Position numbers and translations under genes: made by a program. From the NCBI GenBank assembly GCA_963793265.1, contig CAWBZI010000001.1:1760001-1824000 (forward strand): a DNA stretch of 64,000 bases. Reading direction: 5' to 3'. Below the pieces are notes generated by a model. The model was not told the origin of the DNA. It saw only the letters and a list, made by a program, of their open reading frames with translations, and ran no database searches. This DNA is from an uncultured cyanobacterium. Lineage in GTDB: Bacteria > Cyanobacteriota > Cyanobacteriia > Phormidesmidales > Phormidesmidaceae. Below, one piece after another: positions 10,247-19,578 of this stretch. Position 1 is the first letter of the stretch. Every line of letters starts with the position of its first letter.

Positions 10247-11353
10247 TCAGGCAGCGCAGCGAAAACCTGCAAACATTTCGCGACGATGTGGATGATACCA
10301 ATTACGAAAGCTTTTGCGCATGATCCATTCGGGCGTTGCAAAACTGCCGCCTCGCAGCACCCGATGCTCGCCGTCAAAATAAGTTTGTGAATATCCTTTA
10401 TAGGGAAAGGGCTCAAAACCAGGGTAGGCATCGAACCACGTGTCTGTCCATTCCCACACACCGCCTAGCATGTCTTCTCGAACCGCTTTGGCCCACTCCG
10501 ATTCAGTCGGCAGTCGCTTACCGACAAATCTCGCATAGGCATTGGCTTCATACCAACTCACGCCGTAAACAGCACTGTTATCGACATTATCCTTTGACCA
10601 GTAGAGCGGTTCTTCTGCCTGCGTGGCCTGTCTCCACTGCCAGCCTTCCGCTGTCCACCATCGCTGCTGATAGTAGCCGCCCGCCTCAATAAACGTTTGA
10701 TACTGCTTGCAGGTAACCGGGCTACAGTCAATTTTGTAGCTATTCAGCCAAACAGGATGCGCTGGCATCTCATTGTCTATTGCTTCAGGGCTGTTAGATC
10801 CTTGAATAAAAGTCCCTGCTTCTACAGCAATCATCTCGTTTTGTGCCAGTTCTTCTTTCGTAAAATGGCGCAATCTTGAGACGTTGACTGATGAAAGGCT
10901 GTGCAGCGCCAGCACCATCGCAATCGTTTCGGCGTGCTGGCTTTCGTGTTGAATCAGCCAGTGCCAGAGCCGCTGTTGGCTGAGCAGATCTGTGGACGTA
11001 AGGGTTTGGATTGTTTGCGATCGCACCCCTCTCATATAGTCTAGAATCTCAAACAGCTCAGGCAAATTCTCCCTTTCGGCCTTCGGCAATCCATCTGCCG
11101 CAAATAGCTTCAAATACTGAGGAAACTCACCGCCCTTACCCACCAGATTTTCTGAAACCCAAAGCGATTCGGTATAGGCAATATGGCCCAAATGCCAGCC
11201 TATCGGGCTAAAGTCAGGATGTGCCTGTCGCTTCATCAGCTCAGGAGAGACATTTTTTACCAGACTTAACGTCTGTCGCCGACAATCGCTGAGTGCCTGA
11301 TAGAGATCATTATTTGCAGTCAAGGCTTTTGGAGCAGGACACCGAAGAATCAT
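10247..11353 (-). CDS. egtB: Ergothioneine sulfoxide synthase (DinB + FGE-sulfatase domains)
   Basis: SPIGWHLGH, QHESQHAET iron ligands, GGVWEW, RGGSF, FRNWY, FAGFRCA; between egtC and egtD. Confidence 0.9.
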   Translation of the reverse strand: MILRCPAPKALTANNDLYQALSDCRRQTLSLVKNVSPELMKRQAHPDFSPIGWHLGHIAYTESLWVSENLVGKGGEFPQYLKLFAADGLPKAERENLPELFEILDYMRGVRSQTIQTLTSTDLLSQQRLWHWLIQHESQHAETIAMVLALHSLSSVNVSRLRHFTKEELAQNEMIAVEAGTFIQGSNSPEAIDNEMPAHPVWLNSYKIDCSPVTCKQYQTFIEAGGYYQQRWWTAEGWQWRQATQAEEPLYWSKDNVDNSAVYGVSWYEANAYARFVGKRLPTESEWAKAVREDMLGGVWEWTDTWFDAYPGFEPFPYKGYSQTYFDGEHRVLRGGSFATPEWIMRKSFRNWYHPHRREMFAGFRCAA

Positions 11354-11378
11354 AATGAAAAAAGGCGTAAAAGTAGCG

Positions 11379-12176
11379 CTAAGCTACGGTTGAGTGGACT
11401 GTAATCTTTAAATCTGAACTAACGCTAATTAAATTAGATTGAGGGTAGGGTTGCCAGTCATCTTCAAACAAGGGTTCAGAGGCCAAAATAACAGATGACT
11501 CAAAGCGCTTAGAGTCTTTCAAGAGATAGAGAGAAGGTGCTGTTGACTGGTTGTCGTATCGAATGGCAATAAGCCTGTCGCCTGTGCTCAAAATAATGTT
11601 TAGAGAAGTATGCACGTCTGCTTTATTGGCCATTTGAGCGATTTGTTCAACGGTTAACCGCAGCGCTTCAGCCAAATCTATGCCCGGCTGAGTCTCTATA
11701 TAGTGAACGAGCAGCGCAAAGATATGTTCCGAGTCTGTTTGGCCTTTAATACTTTGGTATGCCGTGTTGCAAAGCTGCTCTCGGATTGGACGATAGAGAG
11801 ACTTGTAAAAGTTCTCAATCAGACCGTTGTGAATAAACAACATTTGCCCATGCGAAAACGGCTGGCAGTTGCTCATTTCAGCGGGCATTTTGTCGGTGGC
11901 GCTGCGCACGTTCACTAGCAAGCTAGCGCTGCGAGCGTACCGGCATAGGTCGTCTAGATTGCGGTCGTTCCACATGGGCTGTGGATTGCGATAGATGAAC
12001 GGCGGCGCTGCTTTTGGGGTGTCGCCGTACCAGCCAAACCCAAAGCCATCGCCGTTAAGAATGGCAGATTTCATTTCTTTGGGCTGGTAGCTTTGGGCTA
12101 ATAGTGAGTGTTCTGGCTTGAGTATGAGTTTGTCTAATGAAGTTTGTGGGCCTAAATAACCCAAGATTCGACACAT
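11379..12176 (-). CDS. egtC: Class II amidotransferase, gamma-glutamyl-hercynylcysteine sulfoxide hydrolase
   Basis: N-terminal MCR, NGDGFGFGWY, VRSAT, NCQPF, HNG, GQTDSE, ASEPL. Confidence 0.9.
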   Translation of the reverse strand: MCRILGYLGPQTSLDKLILKPEHSLLAQSYQPKEMKSAILNGDGFGFGWYGDTPKAAPPFIYRNPQPMWNDRNLDDLCRYARSASLLVNVRSATDKMPAEMSNCQPFSHGQMLFIHNGLIENFYKSLYRPIREQLCNTAYQSIKGQTDSEHIFALLVHYIETQPGIDLAEALRLTVEQIAQMANKADVHTSLNIILSTGDRLIAIRYDNQSTAPSLYLLKDSKRFESSVILASEPLFEDDWQPYPQSNLISVSSDLKITVHSTVA

Positions 12177-12409
12177 AAAGTTTAAAGATATTTAGGAAAG
12201 TAGAAGCGGGTTTGCTCCCGTTTTTTGGGCTTCTATGTTGTAGCCTATTCAAGCTAATAATAACGGAGGAAGTGACGATGTATGCCTAGCGGTAGAGGTA
12301 AGGGGAAACGGCAGTATTGCAAAATATTGCCGCCCATTGCTGAGCTATTTTTTATCACTTGTGATGATTAGTCGCTAGCATTCGGTAAGCACGAACTTAA
12401 GGAGTATCT

Positions 12410-14062
12410 GTGGACAAACCCGTCATTCTAACCGTTGATGACGATCCGGCGGTGCTTCAGTCAATCGCTCGCGACTTGCGGAAGCAATACGGCAGCCAGT
12501 TTCGTATTGTGCGAGCCGACTCTGGAGCTAGCGCCCTCGATGCCACTCAAAAGCTCAAGCTACGCGGCGATAGCATAGCTCTATTCCTAGTCGATCAGCG
12601 AATGCCAGAGATGAGCGGCGTGGAATTTTTAGAGCAGGCGAGCAAAATTTTTCCGATGGCTAAGCGATCGCTCCTCACCGCCTACGCCGACACCAACGCC
12701 GCAATTGACTCTATCAACAGCGCCCATCTCGACTACTACCTGCTCAAGCCCTGGGATCCGCCAGAAGAGAAGCTGTATCCTGTTTTAGATGATTTGATCC
12801 AGGACTGGCAGGCGAGCTTTAAGCCTGAGTTTAAGGGTGTAAAGGTGATTAGCGATCGCTGGAGCCCTAATTCTCACGACCTGCGCGACTTCTTATCCCG
12901 CAACCAAATCCCCTACCGCTGGCTCGATATTGAAACCAGCGAAGAAGCCAAAAAGCTCGCAGCCTACGCAGGCGAAGGCGAAAATCCTAATATTCCGCTG
13001 GTCATTACCGGGGACGGCACAAAGCTGATCAAGCCAACGGTCACTGACCTAGCTCAAAGCGTCGGGCTCCAAACCGAAGCTGCCAAGCCCTTTTATGATT
13101 TGATCATCGTCGGCGGTGGCCCCGGTGGCCTAGCCGCTGCTGTGTATGGCGCGTCTGAGGGTTTGCGCACGGTGATGATTGAGCGTGAGGCCCCTGGCGG
13201 ACAGGCCGGTACCAGCTCACGAATTGAGAACTACTTGGGCTTTCCTGTGGGCCTTAGCGGCGGCGACTTAGCCCGCCGGGCGGTTACTCAGGCCAAGCGC
13301 TTTGGCGTCGAAATTCTTTCGCCTCAGTCGGCCTCATCCCTTCGCACTGAAGACGACTATCACTTTCTTACGCTTGCAGATGGCAGCGAAATTAGCTCTC
13401 ATGCTTTAATTTTGGCTTTAGGCGTTTCTTGGCGGCGGCTGAACGTGCCGGGCGTGGCAGACTTTACGGGCGCAGGCGTTTACTATGGAGCCGCGCAAAC
13501 TGAGGCGCTCGCCTGCGAAGGCGAAGAGGTGTATGTGGTCGGCGGCGCGAATTCTGCGGGTCAGGCAGCGATGTATTTTTCTAAGTTTGCGCGGAAGGTT
13601 CGCATGTTGGTGAGAGGCGAGTCTTTGGTGAAGAGTATGTCGCAGTATTTAATCGAGCAGATTGATGAAACTGACAATATTGAGGTGATGCCGTTTCATA
13701 GCGTGATTGAGGCGAAGGGCGATAAGCGATTGGAAATGCTGCGAGTAAAAGATTCTAAGACGGGTGAGATTAAAGAGTTTAAGACAAATTCTTTGTTTAT
13801 CTTCATTGGTGCAACGCCGAGTACTGAATGGCTAGACGGTTTGGTTGAAAAAGATAATAGAGGATTTATTTGTACGGGGCCGGATGTGAGTGAGGAGCTG
13901 CCCTGGCCTTTGGAGCGCGATCGCTTCTTACTCGAAACCAGCGTTCCCGGCATTTTCTCAGTCGGTGACGTACGCCATGGTTCAGTCAAGCGAGTGGCTT
14001 CTAGCGTAGGGGAAGGCTCTATTTGTGTACAGTTTGTGCACCGACATCTGGCGAACGTTTAA
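12410..14062 (+). CDS. Receiver domain fused to thioredoxin-reductase-like flavoprotein
   Basis: REC (LTVDDD, VDQRMP, KPW); FAD motif GGGPGG, IENYLGFP, NADPH motif GGANSAGQ, GDVRHGS. Confidence 0.92.
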   Translation: MDKPVILTVDDDPAVLQSIARDLRKQYGSQFRIVRADSGASALDATQKLKLRGDSIALFLVDQRMPEMSGVEFLEQASKIFPMAKRSLLTAYADTNAAIDSINSAHLDYYLLKPWDPPEEKLYPVLDDLIQDWQASFKPEFKGVKVISDRWSPNSHDLRDFLSRNQIPYRWLDIETSEEAKKLAAYAGEGENPNIPLVITGDGTKLIKPTVTDLAQSVGLQTEAAKPFYDLIIVGGGPGGLAAAVYGASEGLRTVMIEREAPGGQAGTSSRIENYLGFPVGLSGGDLARRAVTQAKRFGVEILSPQSASSLRTEDDYHFLTLADGSEISSHALILALGVSWRRLNVPGVADFTGAGVYYGAAQTEALACEGEEVYVVGGANSAGQAAMYFSKFARKVRMLVRGESLVKSMSQYLIEQIDETDNIEVMPFHSVIEAKGDKRLEMLRVKDSKTGEIKEFKTNSLFIFIGATPSTEWLDGLVEKDNRGFICTGPDVSEELPWPLERDRFLLETSVPGIFSVGDVRHGSVKRVASSVGEGSICVQFVHRHLANV

Positions 14063-14077
14063 TACAAAGGAGGCTTC

Positions 14078-14281
14078 TTGCAAGACTACTATCTCGCTCA
14101 GATCAACGTGGCACGGATGAAAGCGCCTTTGGCCAATCAGTTTCCAAGCGCCGCAGAAAGCAGAGAAAGAATAGAACACCTGACGCTGCATGGAGAATCT
14201 TCTAAATGTTTCACCTTTGGCAAGCTTTACCCTGCACCGAAAATTAGCTATGTTGCATCTGTAGGCGAAGTTGAGGAATGA
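14078..14281 (+). pseudogene. DUF3291-family gene remnant with internal deletion
   Basis: N-terminal LAQINVARMKAPL joined directly to C-terminal ERIEHLTLHGESSKCFTF; centre missing. Confidence 0.65.
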
Positions 14282-14322
14282 TAGAAAAAGATAGGCTTTT
14301 TGTTCTATATAGGGGTCGTTGA

Positions 14323-14670
14323 ATGCAAAAGCTAAAGAAGTCGGGGTTTCAGACGGTGCCTGAGCTGGCGATCGCGCTGCCTGAAGAGGCGATCGCTGAC
14401 ATTTGTAGTCGGTGGAAAATTGAAGAATTTTATCTATTTGGCTCTATTCTACGTAGTGACTTCCATAACGATAGTGATGTCGATGTGATGGTAGAGTTTT
14501 CTTCTGATGCTCACTGGGGATGGGATATCGTTTTAATCAAAGAGGAACTAGAAATAATATTTTCTCGCAAAGTTGATTTCTTAACGAAGAGAGCAATCGA
14601 GGAAAGCCACAACTGGATTCGTAGAAGGGAGATTTTGAGCACAGCGAGGCTTATCTATGTTGAAAGCTGA
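14323..14670 (+). CDS. mntA: Minimal nucleotidyltransferase (MNT) antitoxin
   Basis: LFGSILRSDF...SDVDVMVEF, RKVDFL, WIRRREIL. Confidence 0.85.
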   Translation: MQKLKKSGFQTVPELAIALPEEAIADICSRWKIEEFYLFGSILRSDFHNDSDVDVMVEFSSDAHWGWDIVLIKEELEIIFSRKVDFLTKRAIEESHNWIRRREILSTARLIYVES

Positions 14671-14709
14671 CCTTCTTTGTTGGATATTTCTGTTGCTTCC
14701 CCAAAATAA
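14657..14709 (+). pseudogene. Possible HEPN toxin 5' remnant
   Basis: ATG overlapping the MNT stop, then SLLDISVA in a shifted frame, like HepT N-termini; stops within ~17 codons. Confidence 0.4.
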
Positions 14710-14721
14710 GGCATTACCTTT

Positions 14722-16128
14722 ATGCTCTGTGCTAAATCCCTCTCACAAATGAAACCGTTCAAGATGCTGCCGCCCGAACGGTTGGACTGGATTTGCGATC
14801 GCGCCAAACACATCCAGCTCGCCCCCGGTGAAGTGCTTGTCAAAGAAGGCGATCCGTCCGCAGGTTTCTTCATTCAGCTCTCTGGGCAAATCACCGTCAG
14901 CCGCCTCAGTAAAGGCGTTGATATGCCGGTAGGCCGTCACGAAAGCCCTTCCTTCTTTGGCGAAATTCAAGCCCTTACCGAAGATCTTGTACCCGTCACG
15001 CTCACCGCCGATATCACAACCGATCTCTATCAGCTTACCTGCCTGGACTTTCTCGACTTAGTACATAGCTGTCGTGAGTTTGAAAAAGACATTTTTCGCA
15101 CGGTGGGTCAGCGCTTGAAAGGACTGGAATCTTTTGTGCAAAATCGTGAAAAGATGGCCGCGCTCGGGACACTTTCAGCCGGTTTAGCCCACGAGCTAAA
15201 CAATCCGGCAGCGGCGCTGGTGAGGGTGATGAAAGACATTCGCCCAGCGGTGCTAGAGCTTCAGCGGATGAATTTGGTGTATGGGCAAAATCAGGTAGAT
15301 GAGGCGCATACGCAAAAGTGGCTAGATGAGCGCGATCGCTGCTTTGAAGCCATCAGTCAACCCCAAAACGACCCGCTTGCAGAAGGTGACAGAGAAGACG
15401 CCCTCACAGACTGGCTAGAAGACTACGGCATAAAAGACGCTTGGGAATTAGCCGAACCTTTAGCAGCCGGAGAAGTTTCGCCCGACACTTTAGATGCGCT
15501 AATGCGCCCCTGGCAAGATGATCCCACTGAAATGAGAGAAATGGGCGTCCGCTGGCTAGCACTCTCTTGCGACGTGATGGGCATGATCAAAAACGGGCTA
15601 GACGGGGCCGAGCGAATCTCTACGCTGGTGCAGTCGATGAAGTCTTATTCCTACATGGACAGAGCCGCACAGCAAAAGATCAACATTCACGATGGCATTG
15701 AAGATACGCTGCGTTTGTTTGCCTTTAAGCTCAAGCACGGCATTAAGGTAAATCGCAAATATAACCAAGACTTGCCGCAAATTATGGCCTTTGGCAGCGA
15801 GCTTAATCAGGTTTGGACGAACTTGCTCGACAACGCTATTGACGCGATGGATGAAGGAACACCGAGCGGAGAACCACCGACGATTGAAATCCGAACCTGT
15901 GAAAAAAACGGTCGTCTGCTGGTAGAGATAGAAGACAACGGCCCTGGCATTCCGCCCGACGTGAGGAACAGAATTCTGGAACCCTTTTTTACCACAAAGC
16001 CGATGGGTAAAGGTTCTGGCCTGGGCTTGGACGTGGTGCGCCGGGTGATTGAGAACCGTCATGGGGGTAGCTTGATGATCGCGTCTGAGCCAGGCCGCAC
16101 TTGCTTTACGATTGCGCTGCCGCTATAG
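14722..16128 (+). CDS. Cyclic-nucleotide-binding domain histidine kinase
   Basis: cNMP domain (LVKEGD, FFGEI), H-box AHELNNP, NQVWTNLLDNAIDA, DNGPGI, GSGLGL. Confidence 0.92.
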   Translation: MLCAKSLSQMKPFKMLPPERLDWICDRAKHIQLAPGEVLVKEGDPSAGFFIQLSGQITVSRLSKGVDMPVGRHESPSFFGEIQALTEDLVPVTLTADITTDLYQLTCLDFLDLVHSCREFEKDIFRTVGQRLKGLESFVQNREKMAALGTLSAGLAHELNNPAAALVRVMKDIRPAVLELQRMNLVYGQNQVDEAHTQKWLDERDRCFEAISQPQNDPLAEGDREDALTDWLEDYGIKDAWELAEPLAAGEVSPDTLDALMRPWQDDPTEMREMGVRWLALSCDVMGMIKNGLDGAERISTLVQSMKSYSYMDRAAQQKINIHDGIEDTLRLFAFKLKHGIKVNRKYNQDLPQIMAFGSELNQVWTNLLDNAIDAMDEGTPSGEPPTIEIRTCEKNGRLLVEIEDNGPGIPPDVRNRILEPFFTTKPMGKGSGLGLDVVRRVIENRHGGSLMIASEPGRTCFTIALPL

Positions 16129-16256
16129 GTAAGCCTTCTAAGTTGGAGTGAGCGGGCGATCGCACTAGCTGGGCCAAAAATGTGTAGAAAGAATGATGTT
16201 TGGAGGCGATCGCATTTCTTACACTAGCCACTGCACAAACTTCTTTAACAGCAGCC

Positions 16257-16853
16257 ATGGCACAACAGTTCAAACAAGGTGACAAAGTAGAATGGTCATC
16301 AGGACAAGGCAAAAGCACGGGCACCGTTCAGAAGCGCATTAGCGAATCCACCACGGTAGACGGACAGAAGGTCGCGGCCTCTAAAGATGAACCGCGCTAT
16401 CTGGTGAAAAATGACAACACTGGGAACGTTTCGGGGCACAAGCCCGACGCGCTTAGTAAAGTTAAAGGCTCCGACTCTAGCAAGTCTAAATCTAGTGAAT
16501 CTAAATCTAGTGAGTCTGAGCTGGCTTCAGAGCACAGTGACAAGATCGAAGAATTTGAAGAAGCGGTCAACATGACGGCAAAAGAGATCAAAGACTGGCT
16601 GAAAACAGACCACAGCCAATCGGTCGGCCAAGAAGACGAAGACGGCAACATCAAAGGCCGCGAGTCGGGCAAGCATATTATTACAATTCTTGAGAAGAAC
16701 AAATCGGACTATACCGACGATGATATTGAGCGCATCAAGAAAGTTGTTGCCTACGTCCATCGTCACCTGGCCCAAAAGCCCTCTAGCGATATTGAAAACT
16801 CAGACTGGCGCTATTCGCTGATGAACTGGGGCCACGATCCTTGCAAAAACTAG
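16257..16853 (+). CDS. DUF2945 (HVA1/Tudor-like) + DUF3140 fusion protein
   Basis: FKQGDKVEW...EPRYLV...HKPDAL, Ser/Lys linker, then VNMTAKEI...WRYSLMNWGHDP. Confidence 0.8.
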   Translation: MAQQFKQGDKVEWSSGQGKSTGTVQKRISESTTVDGQKVAASKDEPRYLVKNDNTGNVSGHKPDALSKVKGSDSSKSKSSESKSSESELASEHSDKIEEFEEAVNMTAKEIKDWLKTDHSQSVGQEDEDGNIKGRESGKHIITILEKNKSDYTDDDIERIKKVVAYVHRHLAQKPSSDIENSDWRYSLMNWGHDPCKN

Positions 16854-16971
16854 CAGGCCGAGGCTTGTGTCTGGGGCTCATATCTAAGCGCACTTGAAGC
16901 GAGTCACCTCCTTTGATAGAAGACTTGTTTCAAAATGCATGAAAGCATCAAGACTTTATAGCAGCACAGAT

Positions 16972-17853
16972 ATGAGCCAGGCAACCCGTTTAAACTCAAA
17001 CAAAATAGCCGTCGTTTTCGACTTCGACGAAACGCTAACGCCCGAAGATAGCTTTCAATCACTGCTGCGATACCTCAAGCTAGATACTGACGCCTTCGAG
17101 GCCGAGCGCATTCAGCCGCTGCTAGACCAAGGTTGGGAGAAGTATTTGGCAAGAGCCTACTGCCTGGTTGAAGAATCTCGTCAGCGAAATGACAAGATTA
17201 CAAAAGAAAGCCTCGCAAAAGTAGGCAATGAAATACCTTTGTATCCAGGAACACAAGACCTTTTTAAGCGACTGGAAGCGGCTATTAAAGAGATTTCTCC
17301 TAAAGTTGAGCTAGAGTTTTATTTAATTTCAGGTGGGTTTGTTGACATCGCCAAAAATACGAGTATCGCCAAAGACTTTAAGCGGATGTGGGGCTGCGAG
17401 TTTCAATATGGCGAAGCCGATAGCAGCGAAGCCGGAGAAATTAAGTTTATCAAGCGGCAGATGACGCACGTAGAGAAAACGCGATACCTGTACTACATCT
17501 CTAAGGGCATTGACGGCGAAAATAGCAAAGATATTGTATACGGCTACGAAGAAGTAGCGGCTGAAGACATTTATGTTCCACTTGACCAGGTTGTTTATGT
17601 AGGTGACGGTGCTTCTGATGTTCCCTGCTTTGCCGTGATGAAGCAATACAACGGAATTTCGCTCGGAATTTATGAAGAAAGCGCTTCAGCCGAAGAATGG
17701 GAGTATTTAGAATCTGTTGGCCAAAGTCAGCGGCTTTCTAATCTGGTGCCGCCTGGTTATGAAGAGGGTTCTGAGCTGATGCGATCGCTTCTGCTAAGTG
17801 TAGAAAGCATCGCAAAACGAATTGCCCTACGACAAATGAGTCGCGGAGAATAA
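16972..17853 (+). CDS. HAD-superfamily hydrolase
   Basis: Motif I VFDFDETLT, ISGG, YVGDGASDVP. Confidence 0.85.
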   Translation: MSQATRLNSNKIAVVFDFDETLTPEDSFQSLLRYLKLDTDAFEAERIQPLLDQGWEKYLARAYCLVEESRQRNDKITKESLAKVGNEIPLYPGTQDLFKRLEAAIKEISPKVELEFYLISGGFVDIAKNTSIAKDFKRMWGCEFQYGEADSSEAGEIKFIKRQMTHVEKTRYLYYISKGIDGENSKDIVYGYEEVAAEDIYVPLDQVVYVGDGASDVPCFAVMKQYNGISLGIYEESASAEEWEYLESVGQSQRLSNLVPPGYEEGSELMRSLLLSVESIAKRIALRQMSRGE

Positions 17854-18046
17854 CCGCTTCTTCTTTATAATAAAAAGAGCACACGCAGCCAGGTAGAGCA
17901 CCATCATGGCAGCAACCACTGCAACCACTTTTAGCGCGACAGCCTCGGCAGAGGATTTGTACGATAGCTTGTTGCGTAGGCTAAAAGCACGTCCAAACCT
18001 ACGCATAGGTCTAGTATTGGCAGACATGCTGCCCTTAGAATGCAGC

Positions 18047-18873
18047 ATGAACACAGCCGAACAGCTCGCACAAATCGACCGCCTAAAAGCCTGGTTAGAC
18101 AGCTTTCGCCCTCTACCAGCGGACGTGCTGTTAGAACTAAAGCAGCGTTATGACGTTCGGCTCACCTACACGTCTAATGCGATTGAGGGCAATACGCTCA
18201 CGCAAAGCGAGACTGAACTGGTTTTGGCTAAGGGTATTACGGTGGGTGGTAAAACGCTGGCTGAACACTTAGAAGTGATTGGCCATAAAGAGGCGATTGA
18301 CTATATCGAGACGCTGAGTAAGGCAGAGACGCTATTGGCGAATGGGAGATTCGACAGATCCATAGTCTTATTGTTAGAAAGATTGCACCGATTGAGGCAG
18401 GGCGATATCGACAGCTAGACGTGAAGGCTGCGGGCTCGAATCATGTTTATCCGCCTCATTACCTGCTGCCAGAGCTGATGAGTGAGTTTGTTGAGTGGCT
18501 GAGAGCTTTGCACTTAGAGCAGCATCCGGTTGCATATGCTAGCGAGGCGCACTATCGCTTTGTTGCGATTCATCCTTTTGCAGATGGCAACGGTCGCACC
18601 GGGCGGTTACTGATGAATTTGTTGCTGTTGAGAGCGGGCTTTCCGATTGCGATTATCTCGAATGAGCAGCGGCAGGCGTATATTGAAGCGTTGATGGAAG
18701 GGCAGCGATCGCCCCAAAATCTAACCTCACTTCTTACCCTAATCTGCGCAGCCACACGCGAATCACTGATCGAAACGCTCTCTATCTTAGCGAGTGCTGG
18801 CAGTAGCAAAGGTAAGGGAAAGCCCTTTTATCAGGAAGTTGTTGCCTTTTTATCAACGGTGGATAGTGAGTAG
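18047..18873 (+). pseudogene. Fic-family protein, frameshifted near 18331
   Basis: SNAIEGNTLT in first frame; IGEWEIRQIH...AGRYR and HPFADGNGRTGR in second frame. Confidence 0.87.
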
Positions 18874-18912
18874 AAGGCATGATTCCATCTCTAGGCAATT
18901 GTGAGGATTCCT

Positions 18913-18951
18913 TGTCAAATAATTGACACCGCCTGAAGAGAGCGATACGCT
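18913..18951 (+). promoter_or_regulatory. Sigma70-type promoter with palindrome over the -35
   Basis: TTGACA (18923-18928), 17 bp spacer, TACGCT (18946-18951); TGTCAA-ataa-TTGACA inverted repeat. Confidence 0.65.
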
Positions 18952-19007
18952 AATTTGCATAGCTGTTGTAAGCCTGGCGAAATCAAAGCGTCAGTAAGTA
19001 GCAGCTT

Positions 19008-19106
19008 ATGCCCCGAAAAATTAAGCCGCTGACGACGATTGCGCAAACAATCGCCGCCAGCTCGCCCACAAGACCGATCACGAACCGGTCAGAGGGTTGT
19101 GGCTGA
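19008..19106 (+). CDS. Putative 32-aa leader peptide MPRKIKPLTTIAQTIAASSPTRPITNRSEGCG
   Basis: Short ORF downstream of the promoter whose stop lies in a stem competing with a terminator; no clear SD. Confidence 0.4.
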   Translation: MPRKIKPLTTIAQTIAASSPTRPITNRSEGCG

Positions 19107-19116
19107 TTATGCCACA

Positions 19117-19157
19117 GCCACCCTGACTTATGGCAAGTTGCGGGTGGTTTTCTTTTT
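19117..19157 (+). terminator. Intrinsic terminator inside a 5' leader (attenuator-like)
   Basis: gccaccc-tgactt-atggc-aagttg-c-gggtggt followed by a T-rich tract, upstream of the RBS at 19183. Confidence 0.65.
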
Positions 19158-19192
19158 CGTGGGCTTTCTTCCACCCCTCATCGGAGAAACCC

Positions 19193-19519
19193 ATGAACCC
19201 CTCAAATCTTTTGACTGGCCTGCCTTCTACAGGTCAGCCACCCTCACCCATGCCTAAAAATCCTGTCCCTATTCAGAAAACCATTTCCGCCAACCTCCGC
19301 CCCCTCCCCGCCCTCAATCCCTCTGGCACCCCGCGCAAAAAGTCCATTCGCCATATCCTGCTAGGCGAGCCCGACGCCATCCGCCAAACCATTCACCTGC
19401 TGCATACGCTGCACTACGCTGAAACGGTGCTGTGGACGCCAGTGCTGATGATTGAGGAGCCGTTGGTGATTACGCCTGCGCAGGGGGAGGCGATGAGTTT
19501 GTTGCGTAAGATTTTGTAG
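19193..19519 (+). CDS. Small hypothetical protein, Pro-rich N-terminus and IRHILLGEPDAIRQTIHLLHTLHYAE core
   Basis: GGAG at 19183-19186, ATG 19193; core resembles a recurrent cyanobacterial hypothetical family. Confidence 0.75.
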   Translation: MNPSNLLTGLPSTGQPPSPMPKNPVPIQKTISANLRPLPALNPSGTPRKKSIRHILLGEPDAIRQTIHLLHTLHYAETVLWTPVLMIEEPLVITPAQGEAMSLLRKIL

Positions 19520-19529
19520 AAAAGCTTTG

Positions 19530-19569
19530 AGTGTTTGCAACTAATAGAGAAGTATTAGTTGCAAACACT
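19530..19569. repeat. Perfect 17-bp inverted repeat (possible terminator)
   Basis: agtgtttgcaactaata-gagaag-tattagttgcaaacact. Confidence 0.85.
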
Positions 19570-19578
19570 GCTTCATTC

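Noticed and set aside
10247..11353. Selenoneine (SenA) or ovothiol (OvoA) synthase
   Set aside because: No senB/selD neighbours, no C-terminal methyltransferase domain; egtC/egtD context fits EgtB
17827..18054. Minus-strand small ORF with a hydrophobic stretch
   Set aside because: Overlaps neighbouring genes at both ends and has no recognisable family; cannot be supported without homology data
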